Positions 1 to 10,511 are shown, counted from the stretch's first letter. The stretch is 34,896 bases of DNA from an uncultured Alphaproteobacteria bacterium (GCA_937901165.1 CALCGS010000031.1:1-34896), one strand, 5' to 3'. The notes: a model not told the origin generated them from the letters alone. Numbers and translations are program-made.

Positions 1-103
1 ATTGCCCCGCAATATCGTCATTATAAACGTCATCAGCAATTGCAGACAATGTTGTAATCGCCATTATCATTCCCGATGTCAGGAATATTTTTTTATAAAA
101 CAT
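1..103 (-). CDS. partial CDS (N-terminus only, continues past window start); putative exported protein
   Basis: ATG at 103..101 sits 8 nt downstream of a GGGGG Shine-Dalgarno-like run (revcomp of 112-116). Translation MFYKKIFLTSGMIMAITTLSAIADDVYNDDIAGQ resembles a signal peptide. The frame is open to the window edge. It is absent from the ORF track because it is truncated. Confidence 0.45.
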   Translation of the reverse strand, partial: MFYKKIFLTSGMIMAITTLSAIADDVYNDDIAGQ

Positions 104-369
104 TGATTTTTCCCCCTTTCCTTGGTGCTTTTTTTTCCTATGTAAATAGTGTAGCAAAAACCTTAGTTTTTGTCCAACCCTTTTTTTGATAAATTTTCAT
201 TTTTATAAAATTGTTATTTTATCCTGGATTTCTGCACTATCTGGCGATTTTTATAAACTTATCAAAATTGCCCCAGGGGGTACAAAAAAACCAAGTTTTT
301 TTATATATTAAATCGTTGAAACCATTGTATTTTTTGGTGCTTTTTTATAATAAAATAAATTATAATATA

Positions 370-394
370 AAAAATCCGCCATTTTGGCGGAAAT
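370..394 (-). terminator. rho-independent terminator downstream of the antiporter gene
   Basis: Hairpin TCCGCC(375-380)/GGCGGA(386-391) with a 5-nt loop, flanked by A-run and T-run. It lies immediately after the stop codon at 396-398. Confidence 0.6.
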
Positions 395-395
395 T

Positions 396-2108
396 TTATT
401 TTCTGTCTTCGTGGGAAATGTCGTTATTCAAACCCCGATAATTATCAGAACGCATTTCGCCCAATAGATTTTCTATTTGAGAATCACTGATTCCTAAATA
501 TTCCAGTAATCCGTACGACAAGAAAAATGATGATTCTATTGTTTCAGGGAAAACCTTAGTCGCACCGAATTTCATCAATTCTGTGGAATCTGATAAATTA
601 CGCGCACGGGCAAATATTTTCATACGCGGACTTACTATTTTTATTGTTTGTATCGCACGCGTTGCAGTATCAACATTATCCAATGCAATAACCGCCGCAC
701 GTGTTTTCGATGAACCCAATCCAAATTCATGCAAGACTTCTAAATTTGTAACATCCCCATATACTGTGTTATATCCACGTTCACGTCCCAACATAACAGA
801 ACTGACACTGCTGTCAATGGCGATATACGGTATGTTTTTTGCGCGCAATAATTTTGCAACAATTTGTCCAACCCGACCAAAACCACATATCAAAACAACA
901 GGTGCATCACCATTTGATTTTTTCAAGTTAGATGTGTTTGTAAATCTAGATAAATAACCATTGCGTTGCAACGCATCATATATCGCAATCAATATTGGTG
1001 TCAGCATAATGGATAATACAATTACAGCAATCAATATTTCTTGGTCAATTACTGGGATTGCATCAATTCCATTTGTTCGCATCATTTGCAACATCAATAG
1101 TCCAAATTCACCACCCTGGGCCAATAATAATGATATAAAAAATGAATCAGATACAGATGTATGACGCACGCGACAAACCATAAATATCGCAAAAAACTTT
1201 ATAGCAACCAAAACCAGTACGCCAGCCAATACAAAATACCATTTATCCAGTAATAATGGTAAGTTTATTCCCATTCCTAAAACAATAAAGAAAAATGCCA
1301 AGAATAATGTTGCATACGGACTTATTTCCGCAGATATTTGATGACGGTATATTGTTTCAGACATCAGCATACCCGCCAAAAATGCCCCAAGTCCAGTTGG
1401 CAAACCCAACCAATTCATTACAACCGACCATAATACTATGTTTAATAATATGGTAAGTAAAAATGCTTCTTTGGATTTTAATTTAGAAACCTGACGTAAT
1501 AAAGGATTCAATATAAAACGTCCAACAATTACAATGCCAACAATCAACACCAACGACAAAACCAAAACATCAACCAATGTCGCCCCCAGATTAAATGATT
1601 TTCCAGCAAATACAGGCAACATCGCAAGTAATGGAACAGATAATAAATCTTGGAATAACAAAACAGAAAAACTTTGACGACCAACACAAGTATTTAACTG
1701 ATTCCGGGATGTCAATAATTGTAAATCTTCGGATGTACTGGACATTGCAAGCAACAATGAAACCATTACCGCCCCCATTACCCCCCACGATGTAAATTCA
1801 AATAAAAACGGAAACAACATTACAGCAACCATTAAAACCTGAGCCGCACCAAATCCAACAACCGTCTTACGCATTGTCCACAGACGCGATAAACTTATTC
1901 CCAAACCAATACTGAACCACAAAAATAAAATTCCCAAATCACCCAACATTTGCCACGCACTATTCAATTCAAATAAATTTAGTACATACGGTCCAGATAA
2001 TAATCCAGCCAATAAAAACGCAACCAGCGCACCAATTTTGGCAATTCTAAACAAAAAAACCAATGCAAATATAATTGCTAAAAATAATAATACAGATAGT
2101 GTTGTCAT
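396..2108 (-). CDS. CPA2-family monovalent cation:proton antiporter with C-terminal RCK/TrkA-N domain (KefB/KefC-like K+ efflux protein)
   Basis: 570-aa ORF with a long polytopic hydrophobic N-terminal part, followed by the Rossmann motif VVLICGFGRVGQIVAKLL typical of RCK/TrkA-N domains. Confidence 0.85.
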   Translation of the reverse strand: MTTLSVLLFLAIIFALVFLFRIAKIGALVAFLLAGLLSGPYVLNLFELNSAWQMLGDLGILFLWFSIGLGISLSRLWTMRKTVVGFGAAQVLMVAVMLFPFLFEFTSWGVMGAVMVSLLLAMSSTSEDLQLLTSRNQLNTCVGRQSFSVLLFQDLLSVPLLAMLPVFAGKSFNLGATLVDVLVLSLVLIVGIVIVGRFILNPLLRQVSKLKSKEAFLLTILLNIVLWSVVMNWLGLPTGLGAFLAGMLMSETIYRHQISAEISPYATLFLAFFFIVLGMGINLPLLLDKWYFVLAGVLVLVAIKFFAIFMVCRVRHTSVSDSFFISLLLAQGGEFGLLMLQMMRTNGIDAIPVIDQEILIAVIVLSIMLTPILIAIYDALQRNGYLSRFTNTSNLKKSNGDAPVVLICGFGRVGQIVAKLLRAKNIPYIAIDSSVSSVMLGRERGYNTVYGDVTNLEVLHEFGLGSSKTRAAVIALDNVDTATRAIQTIKIVSPRMKIFARARNLSDSTELMKFGATKVFPETIESSFFLSYGLLEYLGISDSQIENLLGEMRSDNYRGLNNDISHEDRK

Positions 2109-2162
2109 GATGTGGGCCCTCTCTCTCCTCTGTTCAAAAATAGTATAGTAAATTTATAAAAC

Positions 2163-2990
2163 CTATATCAACAATTTTTTTGCAAGTTCTATAAATTTGT
2201 CAGGCGATAAATTTTCAGCACGTTCTGTTCCGCTTAAACCAAATTCAGTCCAATCAACATTTGGTATTATTCCGCGTATCATTTTACGACGCGTGCCAAA
2301 TAATTTAGATGTTATTTTTTCTATGTTTGAAATGTCAGATATGCGGTTTATTTTTTCCTGGTTCGGTATCAACTGAACAACCGCAGATTGAACCTTGGGC
2401 ATTGGCGAAAATGCAGTGTTTGGAACATTAAATAAAATCCGCGCATCTGTTAGCAAAGATGCCAATACAGATAACCGTCCATAACTGGGCGAATTTTCAG
2501 TTGCAACGATTCTATCTGCAACCTCGCGCTGAAACATTAATGTTAACGATTTTATTTTTTCGCCATTTGCAATTTTATGCAACCAATTTATCAATAATTC
2601 CGTACCAACATTATATGGTAAATTTGAACATATTGAATATTCATTTATACCAAATTTCGAAAAATCAACACGCAACGCATCATCGTATATTACCGTCAAC
2701 CTGTTATTTGATGCATCTATTATTTGTGATAAAATTTTATTGGCATCAGTATCTTTTTCTATGGCAACAACACGACATGCCCCAGACATCAATAATGCCC
2801 GTGTAAGCCCACCAGGACCGGGTCCAACCTCTATCACTGGAACACTATCAATATCAGGAACACTGCGAGCAATACGACATGTTAAATTCAAATCAAATAA
2901 AAAATTTTGACCGAATTTTTTCTTGGCACACATTCCAGATTCATGCAACATCACAGATACAGGTGGTAAATTTTTTACATCATCAATCAT
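2163..2990 (-). CDS. rsmA: 16S rRNA (adenine1518/1519-N6)-dimethyltransferase RsmA/KsgA
   Basis: FGQNFL motif, SAM-binding VIEVGPGPGGLT and NLPYNVGT motif. It overlaps the recR stop by 4 nt, indicating an operon. Confidence 0.92.
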   Translation of the reverse strand: MIDDVKNLPPVSVMLHESGMCAKKKFGQNFLFDLNLTCRIARSVPDIDSVPVIEVGPGPGGLTRALLMSGACRVVAIEKDTDANKILSQIIDASNNRLTVIYDDALRVDFSKFGINEYSICSNLPYNVGTELLINWLHKIANGEKIKSLTLMFQREVADRIVATENSPSYGRLSVLASLLTDARILFNVPNTAFSPMPKVQSAVVQLIPNQEKINRISDISNIEKITSKLFGTRRKMIRGIIPNVDWTEFGLSGTERAENLSPDKFIELAKKLLI

Positions 2991-3580
2991 AATTTTTTAC
3001 GCCCCCCAAACGCCAAACTTAAAGTGCCATCGTCCAAATAATCCAAATCACCACCCAAAGGTACCCCAGATGCCAATTCAGTAAATGTTATGCCCCTATC
3101 ATCACCAATACACGCAATAACATAATTTGCAGTTGTTTTTCCTTCGATGGTGTTCGGTAGTGCAAATATTATTTCAGATATTTTTTCTGTATCAATACGA
3201 TTTATCAATTCTGATATATTCAAATCATCCGGCGTTATTCCATTTGTACCCGACAAAAGCCCACCAATAATATGATAACGACCACGAAAAACATTTGATT
3301 TTTCTAAAGTCCAAACGTCCGACATATCACGCACAACGCATAATACGCCAATATTGCGCGATTCATCCGAACAAAATTCACACACATCACCGTCAGTCAA
3401 AACACCACATATACCACAAGGATGAATTGTTTGCGATGTTGTAAGCAATGCATTCGCCAATAATTCTGCACGACCTGTTTTATCCTGTAATAATGCAAGA
3501 ACTATTCTGCTGGCCGCACGAGAACCGACACGTGGCAATTTTGCAAATAACTTTACTAATTTTTCTATCTGTGAATTCAT
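2987..3580 (-). CDS. recR: recombination protein RecR
   Basis: N-terminal helix-hairpin-helix LPRVGSRAASRI, a Cys4 zinc finger (CGICGVL...CEFC) and a Toprim-like C-terminal part. Length of 197 aa is typical. Confidence 0.92.
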   Translation of the reverse strand: MNSQIEKLVKLFAKLPRVGSRAASRIVLALLQDKTGRAELLANALLTTSQTIHPCGICGVLTDGDVCEFCSDESRNIGVLCVVRDMSDVWTLEKSNVFRGRYHIIGGLLSGTNGITPDDLNISELINRIDTEKISEIIFALPNTIEGKTTANYVIACIGDDRGITFTELASGVPLGGDLDYLDDGTLSLAFGGRKKL

Positions 3581-3593
3581 AAAAATTTACCGT

Positions 3594-4727
3594 TTAATGA
3601 AATATAAAACTATCTATGCCAACATTTCCAGCATTTATTTTTAATTTATTTGCCTGTTCTGATGATATACCGTACAACCGTACACGATATAAAGAATTCG
3701 CCTGTTCTATGGTTGGAGTAACACCCAAAGATTTTTTTACATTATCAACCTGACGCAAAGCAGCATCATAAGATGAAAATGCACCAAACTGAATTCCAGT
3801 CCCCCCAGTTGTTTTTTGGGCAGTTTTTATTTCAACTGTTTGTTTCATACCAGGTGTTTCAGTATGTTTTACCATCGGCTTGTTTTCATTTATACCAACC
3901 GGCGTTTTTACCACAATAGAATCCGAACCATCCGCAAGTATTTTGAAACCACGATTTAACATATTTGTTGCAACAGACGCACGCACATCCTTGTCCTGGG
4001 CACCCATAACAACCGCAACCAAGTGATGATTATCACGAATTGCCGTTGCCACCAAAGAATATTTTGATTTATTTGTAAAACCTGTCTTCATACCGTCGCA
4101 TCCCGCATACGAAGACAGCAAACGATTCCCATTTGTATATGTTTTTCCATCGTATGTCCAAGACTTTATACCAAAATATTTCCAATATTGCGGAAAGTGT
4201 TTATACACCGCCATTGACATCAATGCAATATCACGTGCGGTTGATAAATGGTCATCATTAGGCAACCCAGACGAATTTTCAAAATTCGTATTCGACAGAC
4301 CAATTTCTGACGCGACACGTGTCATTAACTCTGCAAAGTTTCCCTCTTTACCGCCCTTTAAATTTTCAGCCAACACACGTGCAACATCATTTGCACTATG
4401 CACCGCAACCGCCTTGATTGCATCTTCAACCTTTATTTTACTGCCAGCCTTTAAGCCAAGTTTTACAGGCTCAGCATTTGCAGCACTTTGCGAAACAATT
4501 AAATAATCGTCCAAGTGCAACCTGTTATGTTCCAGTGCATCAAATGTTAAATACAATGTCATTATTTTTGTTAAACTGGCCGGATAATTTGATACATTAG
4601 AATTTTCAGAATATAAAACACGACCACTATCCATATCGGCAACCAGCGCAGCACGATAAGGTGCACCGTACGCAAATGCACATACAAAAAAAAACGGCAA
4701 AATAAATAATATTTTTCTCACTTTCAT
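3594..4727 (-). CDS. serine-type D-alanyl-D-alanine carboxypeptidase (PBP5/6-like, peptidase S11) with C-terminal SPOR-like domain
   Basis: Signal peptide present. The SxxK (ASLTK), SxN (SAND) and KTG (KTGFT) motifs are in the correct order. The C-terminal IQFGAFSSYDAA...YRVRLYG region resembles a SPOR domain. Confidence 0.85.
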   Translation of the reverse strand: MKVRKILFILPFFFVCAFAYGAPYRAALVADMDSGRVLYSENSNVSNYPASLTKIMTLYLTFDALEHNRLHLDDYLIVSQSAANAEPVKLGLKAGSKIKVEDAIKAVAVHSANDVARVLAENLKGGKEGNFAELMTRVASEIGLSNTNFENSSGLPNDDHLSTARDIALMSMAVYKHFPQYWKYFGIKSWTYDGKTYTNGNRLLSSYAGCDGMKTGFTNKSKYSLVATAIRDNHHLVAVVMGAQDKDVRASVATNMLNRGFKILADGSDSIVVKTPVGINENKPMVKHTETPGMKQTVEIKTAQKTTGGTGIQFGAFSSYDAALRQVDNVKKSLGVTPTIEQANSLYRVRLYGISSEQANKLKINAGNVGIDSFIFH

Positions 4728-4774
4728 AACGTATTTTATGTTAGCGAAAAAATCATTTGCCGGTCAATATATTT

Positions 4775-6154
4775 TTAACAACAAGAACGCAAACTTATTT
4801 TTCCATCATCAACTATGACAACCAACCCCATATTGATTCCAAACCTATGTGCCGCGCCAAAACCATCACGCATACCAAATAATTCAGGGTCATATATCGT
4901 TGTCACCCCGCGAACCAAACACAACTGATTCGCAACAGTCGAATCACGACAAACCGATATTATTGGAATATCAGGACGACGACACGCAATTTCTGTGGTT
5001 GCAATACCATCCTTGTCAAAAACAACAATCGCAGACGCCTTGTTCAAATATGCCATAGACGAAACAGAACGCGACCAATTATTTTCAGGCACATTTTCCA
5101 TACGCGACCAATCATACGGATTTGCAATCGTGTCCGCGTCAGCATAAGATAAAATTTTTGCCATTGTATCTATAACATGAACAGGATTTACACCAATTGT
5201 TGTTTCTTCGGATGTCATTGTTGAATCAGCACGCAAATAAGCCGCATTTGCAACATCTGATATTTCTGCACGTGTTGGAAATTCACCGTCAACCATAGAT
5301 GCCAACATTTGTGTTGCCATTATAACAGGTTTGTTTAATTGTCTGCACACACGTATTATATTACGCGATATCGCAGGCACTTGTTCAAACGGCATTTCAA
5401 CCGCCAAATCACCACGCGCAATCATTATACCATCAGCCACAGATGCAATTTCAGCAATATGTTCAACAGCATGCGGACGTTCTATTTTTGCAATTATTTT
5501 AATTGGATGCGATGTACGTGCATTTATAAAATCACGAACATACGATATATCATCCGCAGACTGAACAAATGACACCGCAACCCAATCAGGATTTTTTGTT
5601 ATTGCATATTCTAAATCTTGCCTATCTTTGTCAGTTAAAACAGGTGCATCAACAAATGTATCAGGCAAATTAAATCCACGACGCGACCATATTTCAGTAC
5701 CACGAACAACAGTTGCAACTATTTTATTTGGATGCGCATCTATCACCTGCATTTCTATTTTGCCATCATTTAACAATATTCTATCACCAGATTTTAGAGA
5801 TTGTATAACATCAGGATGTGGTAATTGAACACGCGTCGAATCACCAGGTGTTTCATCGTTATCAAAAGTAAAAGTTTGACCAATTACAAGTTTATATTTA
5901 TCTTCGGTTCTGAAATTACCGATACGATGTTTTGGCCCCTGCAAATCAATAATTATTGATACAGGCATTTGTAATTTTTGTGATACAGAACGAATTAAAT
6001 CAATCTTGGCACCTTGAACATCACCGGTATCATGACTAAAATTCAAACGAAATGCGTTTACACCCCCCATTATCATTTTTGTGATTGTTTCTTTGTTTTC
6101 TGATTTTGGCCCAATAGATGCCGTTATTTTTGTGTATTTATACATTTCTTTCAC
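4775..6154 (-). CDS. pyk: pyruvate kinase
   Basis: TKITASIGP, RLNFSHDTG and MIARGDLAVEMP motifs. The exact start is uncertain (MKEMYKY offers two Met codons). Confidence 0.92.
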   Translation of the reverse strand: MKEMYKYTKITASIGPKSENKETITKMIMGGVNAFRLNFSHDTGDVQGAKIDLIRSVSQKLQMPVSIIIDLQGPKHRIGNFRTEDKYKLVIGQTFTFDNDETPGDSTRVQLPHPDVIQSLKSGDRILLNDGKIEMQVIDAHPNKIVATVVRGTEIWSRRGFNLPDTFVDAPVLTDKDRQDLEYAITKNPDWVAVSFVQSADDISYVRDFINARTSHPIKIIAKIERPHAVEHIAEIASVADGIMIARGDLAVEMPFEQVPAISRNIIRVCRQLNKPVIMATQMLASMVDGEFPTRAEISDVANAAYLRADSTMTSEETTIGVNPVHVIDTMAKILSYADADTIANPYDWSRMENVPENNWSRSVSSMAYLNKASAIVVFDKDGIATTEIACRRPDIPIISVCRDSTVANQLCLVRGVTTIYDPELFGMRDGFGAAHRFGINMGLVVIVDDGKISLRSCC

Positions 6155-6220
6155 TTTTGGTTGATTTTTCCTTTTTATGGTATATCATATTATCAAAGGT
6201 TTAACAAGGGGAAATAATAT

Positions 6221-6469
6221 ATGAAAAACGCAAATCATGGTGCTATTGACAACCAACAATTAATTTCTATTATTGAACGTATTGAAAAATTAAACGAAGA
6301 AACCGCTAATATTGCTGCCGATATCAAGGAAATTTATAGCGAAGCAAAATCTGCCGGATATGACCCAAAGTATATCAGACAAATGATACGTTTAAGAAAG
6401 TTGGACCCAGATGAATTAGACGAAGCGGACGAATTAACAAAAATGTATCGTGATGCTTTGGGTATATAA
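6221..6469 (+). CDS. gapR: DUF2312/UPF0335 family protein (GapR-like nucleoid-associated protein)
   Basis: 82 aa with LISIIERIEKLNEE...IKEIYSEAKSAGYDPKYIRQMIRLRK, matching the DUF2312 pattern. A strong AAGGGGA RBS lies upstream. Confidence 0.8.
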   Translation: MKNANHGAIDNQQLISIIERIEKLNEETANIAADIKEIYSEAKSAGYDPKYIRQMIRLRKLDPDELDEADELTKMYRDALGI

Positions 6470-6474
6470 TTTTT

Positions 6475-6789
6475 ATGAAAAAATTCACAAAAAACATTGA
6501 AGATTTTAACTGCGCCAATTGTGGCGCAGTTGTTCATGGCAACGGTTATACAAACCATTGTCCAAAATGCCTATGGTCAAAGCATGTTGATAATAATCCT
6601 GGGGATAGGATGTCCGAATGTTGTGGTATGATGAAGCCAATATCCGCCATGCCTGATGGTGATAGGTATATAATTATTCACAAATGTACAAAATGTGGCA
6701 AAACAATTCGCCAACATACCAGCCCAGACGATAACATTGATGAAATTATAAAAATAAGTGCAGATTCTGGCTTTATTTTTGGGAAATAA
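6475..6789 (+). CDS. RNHCP domain-containing protein
   Basis: FNCANCG...TNHCPKCLWSKHVD...GDR...CCGMMKP matches the RNHCP-domain signature. It starts 5 nt after the gapR stop. Confidence 0.75.
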   Translation: MKKFTKNIEDFNCANCGAVVHGNGYTNHCPKCLWSKHVDNNPGDRMSECCGMMKPISAMPDGDRYIIIHKCTKCGKTIRQHTSPDDNIDEIIKISADSGFIFGK

Positions 6790-6806
6790 ATTTCTATACT
6801 TTTTAT

Positions 6807-8768
6807 ATGATAAAGTTCCTTAAACAGCAATTTGATAATTTTTTATTGTGGTTGCCTTTGTTGTTTTCTTTTGGTGCAACGATTTATTTTGTATTACCAA
6901 CAGAACCCACAATACCATATCCTATTTTACTGTCTTGTATTTTTGGAATTCTGTTATTTATCAAACACGTAAATATATTTTTCAAAGTGCCAATCGCGGT
7001 TTTATTTGGATTTGTTTATACAATCGCTTTTACACACTGTGTTCAAACCCCAATGCTTAAACACGATTTACGTGACATAAATTTTACAGGAAATATCAAA
7101 AATATCGAATTTCATAATGATAAAGTTAGATATATTGTGGAAATTGCCCCTGACGAACTGGATATGGATACCACAAAACCAGTAAAAGTAAGAATTAGTG
7201 GCGATGCTAAATCTGAAATAAATGTTGGTGATACTGTAAATTTCAATGCCGCACTGTTTCAAATATCTGGCCCAGAAACAGTTGGTGCTTTTGATTTTGC
7301 ACGTTGGGCTTACTTTCACAAAATAACCGCTACAGGTTATGTCAAAGATTACAATATTGTAAATGAATCAACGAATACATCTTTTGAAAAAATACGCGAA
7401 AATGTGCATAACAAATCAAAATCTTTTTTAACAGATGGTTTAGTGTTGGGGTATAAAAACAGCCTGAGCCCGCAAGACCAACAAATTTGGACAACCGCAG
7501 GTGTTGGACACGTTTGGTCAATCAGCGGATTTCATATGACGTTGGTTGGCGGATGGCTGATTATATTATTTTATTCTATTTTTAGATGCATTCCATACAT
7601 AACAAAACGAATACCTGCAAAAATTCCAGCAATGATTTGTGCGTGGATTGGATTACTGGTTTATGTTTTATTATCAGGTATTGGTGTTGCAACAATCAGA
7701 GCATTTATTATGACGAGTTTAGTGTTTGTCGCACTATTTATCGGCAGAAAATCTTTTTCTTTACGGAATATTTCTATTGCTTTTCTTGTGCTATTTTTAT
7801 TTAACCCAAGTTTTATTTCACAGGCAGGTTTCCAATTATCTTTTGCGGCTATTTTTGGAATTGTTTGGTTTTGGAACAATAAAAATAATATGGGAAAAAG
7901 TTTCTTAAATACAATTTACAAAACTTTGATGACAACTTTGATTGCGACATTATTTACAATGCCATTTATAATTTCTAATTTTAATAGTTTGCCAATTTAT
8001 GGGATTGTTGGAAATTTAATTTTATTACCTATATTTTCAATTCTTATTATGCCGATTGTTATTATCGGAACTATTTTTGCGTTATTATTTAATCAAAACT
8101 TTTTACTAAATATTGCAGAATATGTTTACAATTTTTCTTTTGATATTGCTAAATTTATTTCTGGGTTGCCGTCCGCAAATTTAACATTTCCATACATAAA
8201 TAATAGTGCAATATTTTTCTTTGTTTTTGCTTTGGCATGTTTGATTTTTATTATCCCAATCAAAGATTCTAAATCTTTTATTTATAAAAACGCAAATTTA
8301 TACGCTTGTATTATATTTTCTGTTATTGGAATCGGTATAATTGTAGCAACAGACAAACCTGTATTTTATGCAACACCAGACCACGAATTAGTTGGTTTCG
8401 TTTTTAACGGAAAATTAGAATTTAATAAAGCAAAGGCATCTAATCATTATTTTGCTTTTGATGCTTTTAGAAAATTAAACAATGAAAAACCCAGCGAAAC
8501 AAATATTCGACATAAATGTAAAAAAGGTGTTTGTATTTATAAATCTGATAATTTTACTTTGGCGTATATTCAAAAATTTGTTCCATTACAAAATAATATT
8601 GTTGAATTATGTAATGACGATAATATAAATTACATAGTTTCTTATTTTGATATTCAATCTGAAAAATGCAACCACAAAATATTACGCGATGGATTTGTAA
8701 TCTATAAAAATAAACATATTAAATACGTACAAAAAAATCGAATTTGGTTTAGTAATCAGCCCGAATAA
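6807..8768 (+). CDS. comEC: ComEC/Rec2 family competence (DNA internalisation) membrane protein
   Basis: 653-aa polytopic membrane protein with an N-terminal OB-like insert (DUF4131-like). The central region AGVGHVWSISGFHMTLV is typical of the Competence domain. No C-terminal metallo-beta-lactamase part is seen. Confidence 0.8.
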   Translation: MIKFLKQQFDNFLLWLPLLFSFGATIYFVLPTEPTIPYPILLSCIFGILLFIKHVNIFFKVPIAVLFGFVYTIAFTHCVQTPMLKHDLRDINFTGNIKNIEFHNDKVRYIVEIAPDELDMDTTKPVKVRISGDAKSEINVGDTVNFNAALFQISGPETVGAFDFARWAYFHKITATGYVKDYNIVNESTNTSFEKIRENVHNKSKSFLTDGLVLGYKNSLSPQDQQIWTTAGVGHVWSISGFHMTLVGGWLIILFYSIFRCIPYITKRIPAKIPAMICAWIGLLVYVLLSGIGVATIRAFIMTSLVFVALFIGRKSFSLRNISIAFLVLFLFNPSFISQAGFQLSFAAIFGIVWFWNNKNNMGKSFLNTIYKTLMTTLIATLFTMPFIISNFNSLPIYGIVGNLILLPIFSILIMPIVIIGTIFALLFNQNFLLNIAEYVYNFSFDIAKFISGLPSANLTFPYINNSAIFFFVFALACLIFIIPIKDSKSFIYKNANLYACIIFSVIGIGIIVATDKPVFYATPDHELVGFVFNGKLEFNKAKASNHYFAFDAFRKLNNEKPSETNIRHKCKKGVCIYKSDNFTLAYIQKFVPLQNNIVELCNDDNINYIVSYFDIQSEKCNHKILRDGFVIYKNKHIKYVQKNRIWFSNQPE

Positions 8769-9480
8769 AATAAAGTCCATCCGCAGGTGCAGTAACACCG
8801 GCAGAACTACGGTTTTTATCATTTAATATTTTTTCTATATTTAAATCTTTGCCCAAACCTATTTCTACCAAAGTACCGACCATATTTCTTACCTGGTGAT
8901 GCAAAAAGGAACGTGCAGAAAAATAAAATACTATGTAATCACCATCGCAAACAATTTCACATTTATCCAATGTTTTTATTGGACTTTTTGCCTGGCACTG
9001 GCTGGCACGAAAACTTGTAAAATCGTGTTTACCAAGCAATTTATTTGCAGACGTACGCATTTTTTCAATATCTAAACTTTGCGGAACCCACCATACGCGT
9101 TTGTTTTCCAACACAGGACGTGCAGAACGATTTAAAACAACATATTTATAATGACGTGCAACACATGAAAAACGTGCGTTAAAATCATCATCCACTATAT
9201 CACAAGACAAAACTGCAACGGGTTTATTTATTAAATAAAAATTTAATGCACGTTTTACGGTTTCGGCATCATGATTTGATATTAAATCAAAATGTGCACA
9301 CATACCAAGCGCATGAACACCGGCATCCGTACGTCCAGCACCAACAACATCAACCGTTTCAGAACAAAAACTATGTATCGCTTCTTTTAACAATGATTGT
9401 ACTGATGGACCTTGGTGATTTTCCTGCCACCCTATTAAATCAGAACCATCATATTCTAAAATCACGCGATATCTGGACAT
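8749..9480 (-). CDS. truA: tRNA pseudouridine(38-40) synthase TruA
   Basis: GAGRTDAGVHA catalytic motif. At 243 aa it is typical length. It is convergent with comEC and overlaps its end by 20 nt. Confidence 0.92.
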   Translation of the reverse strand: MSRYRVILEYDGSDLIGWQENHQGPSVQSLLKEAIHSFCSETVDVVGAGRTDAGVHALGMCAHFDLISNHDAETVKRALNFYLINKPVAVLSCDIVDDDFNARFSCVARHYKYVVLNRSARPVLENKRVWWVPQSLDIEKMRTSANKLLGKHDFTSFRASQCQAKSPIKTLDKCEIVCDGDYIVFYFSARSFLHHQVRNMVGTLVEIGLGKDLNIEKILNDKNRSSAGVTAPADGLYFIRADY

Positions 9481-9484
9481 TGGA

Positions 9485-9682
9485 TTATCTGACCTTTACT
9501 TCTTTACAATAATTACATCTTCTTTTTTTCATATTTTCAAATACGTGCATACATGGAAATTCGCATTTTCTATTATTTGAATCACACCCATCACAATGCA
9601 AACATAAACAATTATTATTTTGTGCATTTACATATACTTCTTTGTTTTTTAATCCACATTGCCTTTTTTCTTTATCTTCCAT
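9485..9682 (-). CDS. small cysteine-rich protein of unknown function (65 aa, 9 Cys)
   Basis: It fits exactly between the fmt stop (9686-9688) and the truA start (9480). A GGGGA RBS lies 7 nt upstream of the ATG. Cys patterns are CxCxxCxxC, CxxxC and CxxC. Confidence 0.5.
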   Translation of the reverse strand: MEDKEKRQCGLKNKEVYVNAQNNNCLCLHCDGCDSNNRKCEFPCMHVFENMKKRRCNYCKEVKVR

Positions 9683-9685
9683 TTT

Positions 9686-10510
9686 TTATTCCCCATATTT
9701 TATTTCAGCACCATGCAAACCATTTACAAAACTTTTCCAGTCCATAACCGTTTTGCCAGCAGGCTGTATTTTTATTATTTCTAAACCACTATTTTTTATA
9801 GCAGTTTCAACTATTTTGACGTCAACGCCGTTTATTTTGGTTCGTCCACAACCCAATGCACGCACTAAATTATGAATTTCATATGGCGTTTTTGTCCAAT
9901 CTATTATTTCATCAGAACCTGTAAATTTTCGTGTATATGTTGGTTCACCAATTTGCGGTTCTGGGAAAAATTTATCATCATCAGCAAAAAATTCTTGTAA
10001 TATTTCTATGGATGTTTGTGATACTTTCTTTTCCAATGTTTTGTTTGTATCATTTTCGTCTATGTTTATATTTTTACGCAAATAAACACCACCCGCATCC
10101 ATTTCACTTACAATCTGCATCAAACATACATCCATATCCGTATCACCATTTAATAATGCCGTTCTTATTGGTGACGCACCACGATATTTTGGTAAAGAAC
10201 TGGGGTGAATGTTTATAAATTTTCCAGTTGATAATATATTATCAGATAATAAAACACCATACGACATTATAAATACATAATCGGCATCACCAATATTAAA
10301 TTCACGTATAGTCGTGTGTACAGAAATACCATTTTCAACCGCCCAATCATGAACAGGTGAACGTGTTAATATGTGTTTACGTCCAACAGGTTTTGGCGCA
10401 CGTGTGAATACAGATATTATATCGTGATTCTTGGATAAAAAATCAAAAACAGGAACAACAAAATCATTTGTTCCCATTAAAATCAATTTTTTACGTGTTT
10501 GCTGTGGCAT
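9686..10510 (-). CDS. fmt: methionyl-tRNA formyltransferase
   Basis: NIHPSSLPKYRGASPI motif. I prefer the start at Met26 of the track ORF (ATG 10510..10508, MPQQTRKKLILMGT). This abuts the def stop at 10512-10514 and removes a hydrophobic extension that would overlap def. Confidence 0.9.
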   Translation of the reverse strand: MPQQTRKKLILMGTNDFVVPVFDFLSKNHDIISVFTRAPKPVGRKHILTRSPVHDWAVENGISVHTTIREFNIGDADYVFIMSYGVLLSDNILSTGKFINIHPSSLPKYRGASPIRTALLNGDTDMDVCLMQIVSEMDAGGVYLRKNINIDENDTNKTLEKKVSQTSIEILQEFFADDDKFFPEPQIGEPTYTRKFTGSDEIIDWTKTPYEIHNLVRALGCGRTKINGVDVKIVETAIKNSGLEIIKIQPAGKTVMDWKSFVNGLHGAEIKYGE

Positions 10511-10511
10511 T

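Noticed and set aside
122-346. 13-nt direct repeat TTGGTGCTTTTTT at 122-134 and 334-346
   Set aside because: It is short and mostly a T-run in an AT-rich spacer. Chance occurrence cannot be excluded and no associated structure was seen.
211-441. 76-aa plus-strand ORF in the first intergenic region
   Set aside because: It is an AT-rich low-complexity frame that runs through the terminator hairpin and into the antisense of the antiporter gene end.
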